A stretch of DNA of 64,000 nt from Octopus vulgaris (Eukaryota), in the NCBI GenBank assembly GCA_951406725.2, contig OX597840.1, forward strand, positions 35,464,001-35,528,000. The letters run 5' to 3'. Shown one piece after another: positions 59,416-64,000 of the stretch. Position numbers and translations under genes: made by a program. Positions within the stretch are counted from its first letter, which is position 1. Each line of letters begins with the position of its first letter. Below the pieces are notes generated by a model. That model saw nothing but the letters and a program-made list of their open reading frames with translations, was not told where the DNA came from and did no database searches.

Positions 59416-60189
59416 TCCATCCATTTACTTTCTTTTCAGCTTCTCTTTTTCCCTAGTTTTTCTTCCTTTCTCTCCTTTTTCTCCAACATTTCTCTCCTTT
59501 TTCAGTTTCCTTTTCCCGCCTCTTTTTCTTTCTCATTTTCCCTCCTTTTCTACTCTTTCTCACCTTATCTCCTCTCTTTTTTCCTTCTTTCTCACCTTAT
59601 TTCTTCTCTTTTATCTTCCTTTCTCTCCTTTTTCGCTTTCTTCCTTTTTCTCCAACATTTCTCTCCTTTTTCCCTCTTTTTTTCAGTTTCCTTTTCCTGC
59701 CTCTTTTTCTTTCTCATTTTCCATTTTTTCCAGCTTTCTCACCTTATTTCCTCTCTTTTATCTTTCCTTCACTCTCCTTCTCTCCAACGCCCCATTCACC
59801 TCACTACACACACACACACACACAATCTTATAAACCATTCCATAAAAAAAAACAATATTGTTAAAAATTCTCAGATCAATGCAAAAAATACAGACCTTTC
59901 CTAATAATTATTACCATCGCCATTTCAGACTCGGTAAAAAAAAAAAATACCCAGTAATACACTGGGGTTTATTTAATTGACTGAGCTCTCCGTCAAAAAC
60001 TTTTCAAAAGTGAAAAGGTAAGTGTAAGCGTATAACTGACAATTAAAGGGAGTTAACTCATTCGAGTAAGTTCAAACGAATGAAGTGACTACTTTCTGTG
60101 TAATTTCCACAATTTTATAAAGGCGTTGCTTATTAAAGTTCTTGATCTGTTGACACGTTACGCTTGGTTCTGGAGTTTTTTTTTTTTTA

Positions 60190-61125
60190 TTACTTGTTTT
60201 CAGTCATTTGACAGCGGCCATGCTGGAACACCACCTTTAATTGAGCAAATCGACCCCGGGACTTATTCTTTTTTTAGTAAGCCCTGTACTTATTCTATCG
60301 GTCTCTTTTGCTGAACCGCTAAGTAACGGGGACATAAACACACCAGCATTGGTTGTCAAGCAATGCTAGGGGGACAAACACAGACACAAACGCACACACG
60401 CATACATATGTATATATACATATATACGACGGGCTTCTTTCAGCTTCCGTCTACCAAATCCACTCACAAGGCTTTGGTCGGCCCAAGGCTTTAGTAGAAG
60501 ACACTTGCCCAAGGTGCCATGCAGTGGGACTGAACCCGGAACCATGTGGTTGGTAAGCAAGCTACTTACCGCACAACCACTCCTGCGCCTTGGTATCGAA
60601 GAAGTTGATTGCAATACAATTGATCAAAAGCAGCTGCTTGTAAAATACAATTCGCCGAGAATTTACAAAATACTAAAAATAGGAAAAATACTGTTTTTAT
60701 TCATGTTTCAGTCGCTATTTCCGGTTAGTTCACCGTCATCAATTCACGTTTTTTTTTAGGAATGGCTGTGTGGTAAGTAGCTTGCTTATGAACCACATGG
60801 TTCCGGGTTCTGTCCCACTGAGTGGCACCTTGGGCAAGTGTCTTCTACTATAGACTCGGGCCGACCAAAGCCTTGTGAGTGGATTTGGTAGACGGAAACT
60901 GAAAGAAGCCTGTCGTATATATATACATATGTTTGTGTGTCAGTGTTTGTCCACCCAACATCGCTTGACAACTGATGCTGGTGTGTTTACGTCTCCGTAA
61001 CTTAGCGGTTCGGCAAGAGAGACTGATAGATTAAGTACTAGGCTTACAAAGAATAAGTTCCGGGGTCGATTTGCTCGACTAAAAGCGGTGCTCCAGCATG
61101 GCCACAGTCAAATGACTGAAACGAA
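60190..61125. mobile_element. Inverted pair of SINE A copies (60190-60590 minus; 60758-61125 plus)
   Basis: Both align to 21820-22240, in opposite orientations. Confidence 0.88.
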
Positions 61126-61635
61126 TAGAAGAATAATCCAACTTTGTTCAAATTCTTTCCTTCCATCACCCACTGCTTCCCTCCAACATCAATGATCTTG
61201 AGTGAGGTTTCCTTGTTCATTTCCCAAGATTTTGACTTCCTCCAATCTTCAAACACACATTTTTATGCAAAGATGACTCATATCCATTCTTTGGACACAG
61301 TTTGAAAATCCAGAATTGGCAAAATGTTGTTATTGCTGTTGTTTAATGTCTATTTTCCATGCTGGCATGGGTTGGAGGATTTGACAGCAGCTGGTGAGGA
61401 CGGAAAGCAGTACCAGGTTCCATTCTTCTTGCATGGGTTCTATAGCTGGATGCCTTTCAAATTGCCAACCACTTTACCGAGTGTACTAGATGCGTTTTAT
61501 GTGCCACCATGGAGCTGGTAGGGCCAGGAGGAACTGTACCTCGTTCCATTCTCTCTTGTGGCAAGGGTTCTATGGCTGGATGCCCTTCCTAACGCCAACC
61601 ACTTAGAGTGTACTAGATGCTTTTTATGTGATACC

Positions 61636-62033
61636 TATTTCTTTACTGCCCACAAGGGGACACAGAGAAGACAAACGGACTAAATCGATTACATCGACCC
61701 CAGTGCGTAACTGGTACTTAATTTATCGACCCCGAAAGGATGAAAGGCAAAGTCGACCTCGGCGGAATTTGAACTCAGAACATAACAGCAGACGAAATAC
61801 CTATTTCTTTACTGCCCACAAGGGGCTAAACACAGAGGGGACAAACAAGGACAGACAGAGGGATTAAGTCGATTATATCGACCCCAGTGCATAACTGGTA
61901 CTTATTTAATCGACCCCGAAAGGATGAAAGGCAAAGTCGACCTTGGCGGAATTTGAACTCAGAACGTAACGGCAGACGAAATACGGCTACGCATTTTGCC
62001 CAGCGTGCTAACGATTCTGCCAGCTCGCCGTCT
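61636..62033 (-). mobile_element. SINE B dimer with a single TSD
   Basis: Two units and one head; tttttatgtgatacc at 61621-61635 and 62034-62048; inserted in a ~120-bp ggatgcccttcctaa tandem repeat. Confidence 0.88.
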
Positions 62034-62479
62034 TTTTTATGTGATACCATGGAGCTGGAAGGGCCAAGAGCTGTACCTTGTTTTATTGTCTGCTGTGGAA
62101 TGGGTTCTATGGCTGGATGCCCTTCCTAATGCCAACCACTTTACAGATTGGACTATGTGCTTTTTTTTTTGTGACAACAACACACACACACACACATGAA
62201 AAAAAACAAAATAAAATTTAATTTCATCACAGTTTATTTAAAACAGTAAAATTCATTTTTTATGTACAAATAAAACCATTCATGTTAATGTGTGTATATA
62301 CAATAAAACCTAGTAAAACAATAGAACATTTCTGCTGGGGGAGAAACCATTGTGTGCATACATGCACAGCGGTGTATGAGTGTGTGTGTGAGCATGCAGG
62401 TGTATATGGTGTGTGTGTTGCACACACAGATGTGTGTGTATGTGTGTACATTATACACATAGATGTGTGTGTGTATGTG

Positions 62480-64000
62480 TGTGCAAAGAGACAGTAGGGT
62501 GTACACATCCAGGTTTGTGTGTGTGTGTGTGCGTGTTGTACACATAGATGTATGTGTGTATGTGTGTGCAGAGACAGTAAGGTGTACACATTCAGGTGTG
62601 TGTATGTGTGTGTGTGTGCATGCATTGAATATGTGTGTGTTGTACACATAGGTGTGTGTGTATGTGTGTGCATACAGACAGTAGGGAGTACACATCAAGG
62701 TGTGTGTGTGTTGTACACATCCAGGTGTGTGTGTGTGTGTTGTACACATCCAGGTGTGTATATATGTGTGTATGTGTATGCATACAGACAGTAGGGTGTA
62801 CACATCAAGGTGTGTGTGTGTGTTGTACACATCCAGGTGTGTGTGTGTTGTACACATCCAGGTGTGTATATGTGTGTCTATGTGTATGCATACAGACAGT
62901 AGGGTGTACACATCCAGGTGTGTGTGTGTTGTACACATCCAGGTGTGTATATGTGTGTCTATGTGTATGCATACAGACAGTAGGGTGTACACATCCAGGT
63001 GTGTATATGTGTGTCTATGTGTATGCATACAGACAGTAGGGTGTACACATCCAGGTGTGTGTGTGTTGTACACATCCAGGTGTGTATATGTGTGTCTATG
63101 TGTATGCATACAGACAGTAGGGTATCCACATCCAGGAGTGTGTGTGTTGTACACATCCAGGTGTGTATATGTGTGTCTATGTGTATGCATACAGACAGTA
63201 GGGTGTACACATCCAGGTGTGTATATGTGTGTCTATGTGTATGCATACAGACAGTAGGGTATCCACATCCAGGTGTGTGTGTGTTGTACACATCCAGGTG
63301 TGTATATGTGTGTCTATGTGTATGCATACAGACAGTAGGGTATCCACATCCAGGTGTGTGTGTGTTGTACACATCCAGGTGTGTATATGTGTGTCTATGT
63401 GTATGCATACAGACAGTAGGGTGTACACATCCAGGTGTGTGTGTGTTGTACACATCCAGGTGTGTATATGTGTGTCTATGTGTATGCATACAGACAGTAG
63501 GGTGTACACATCCAGGTGTGTGTGTGTTGTACACATCCAGGTGTGTATATGTGTGTCTATGTGTATGCATACAGACAGTAGGGTATCCACATCCAGGAGT
63601 GTGTGTGTTGTACACATCCAGGTGTGTATATGTGTGTCTATGTGTATGTATACAGACAGTAGGGTATCCACATCCAGGTGTGTGTGTGTTGTACACATCC
63701 AGGTGTGTATATGTGTGTCTATGTGTATGCATACAGACAGTAGGGTGTACACATCCAGGTGTGTGTGTGTAGTACACATCCAGGTGTGTATATGTGTGTC
63801 TATGTGTATGCATACAGACAGTAGGGTGTACACATCCAGGTGTGTGTGTGTTGTACACATCCAGGTGTGTATATGTGTATGCATACAGACAGTAGGGTGT
63901 CCACATCCCAGTGTGTGTGTGTTGTACACATCCAGGTGTGTATATGTGTGTCTATGTGTATGCATACAGACAGTAGGGTGTACACATCCAGGTGTGTATA
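62480..64000. repeat. 81-bp minisatellite (25+56-bp subunits sharing tacacatccaggtgtgt), runs off the window end
   Basis: Directly visible; produces the 27-aa periodic ORFs. Confidence 0.95.

Noticed and set aside
62285-63985. 27-aa periodic Cys/His-rich ORFs resembling zinc fingers
   Set aside because: Arise from the 81-bp minisatellite in multiple frames on both strands; no C2H2 consensus.

Overview
Eukaryotic, extremely microsatellite-rich genomic DNA; the SINE families and simple-repeat density point to an octopod cephalopod (inference). One real protein-coding gene spans the window on the + strand: a 3-coding-exon class A neuropeptide GPCR of the cholecystokinin/sulfakinin receptor family (8554-9058, 53535-53906, 57902-58890; 621 aa; introns of 44,476 and 3,995 bp, both phase 1 GT-AG). 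Almost all other ORFs in the track are simple-repeat artefacts. The rest is a patchwork of tRNA-derived SINEs, non-autonomous Helitrons, Tc1/mariner, hAT- and Merlin-like MITEs, Dong/R4 LINE tails, a Penelope GIY-YIG relic and minisatellites. The most striking unannotated signal is a set of about 15 type-I hammerhead-ribozyme-like motifs from several unrelated short element families (Penelope pLTR / retrozyme-like). Many have recurrent non-canonical cores (CCGANGA, CUGUAGA), several lie in head-to-head fold-backs, and several are sense to the receptor pre-mRNA. A second notable signal is SINE multimers (a heptamer and a dimer), each bounded by a single target-site duplication. All folds and alignments were done by eye.
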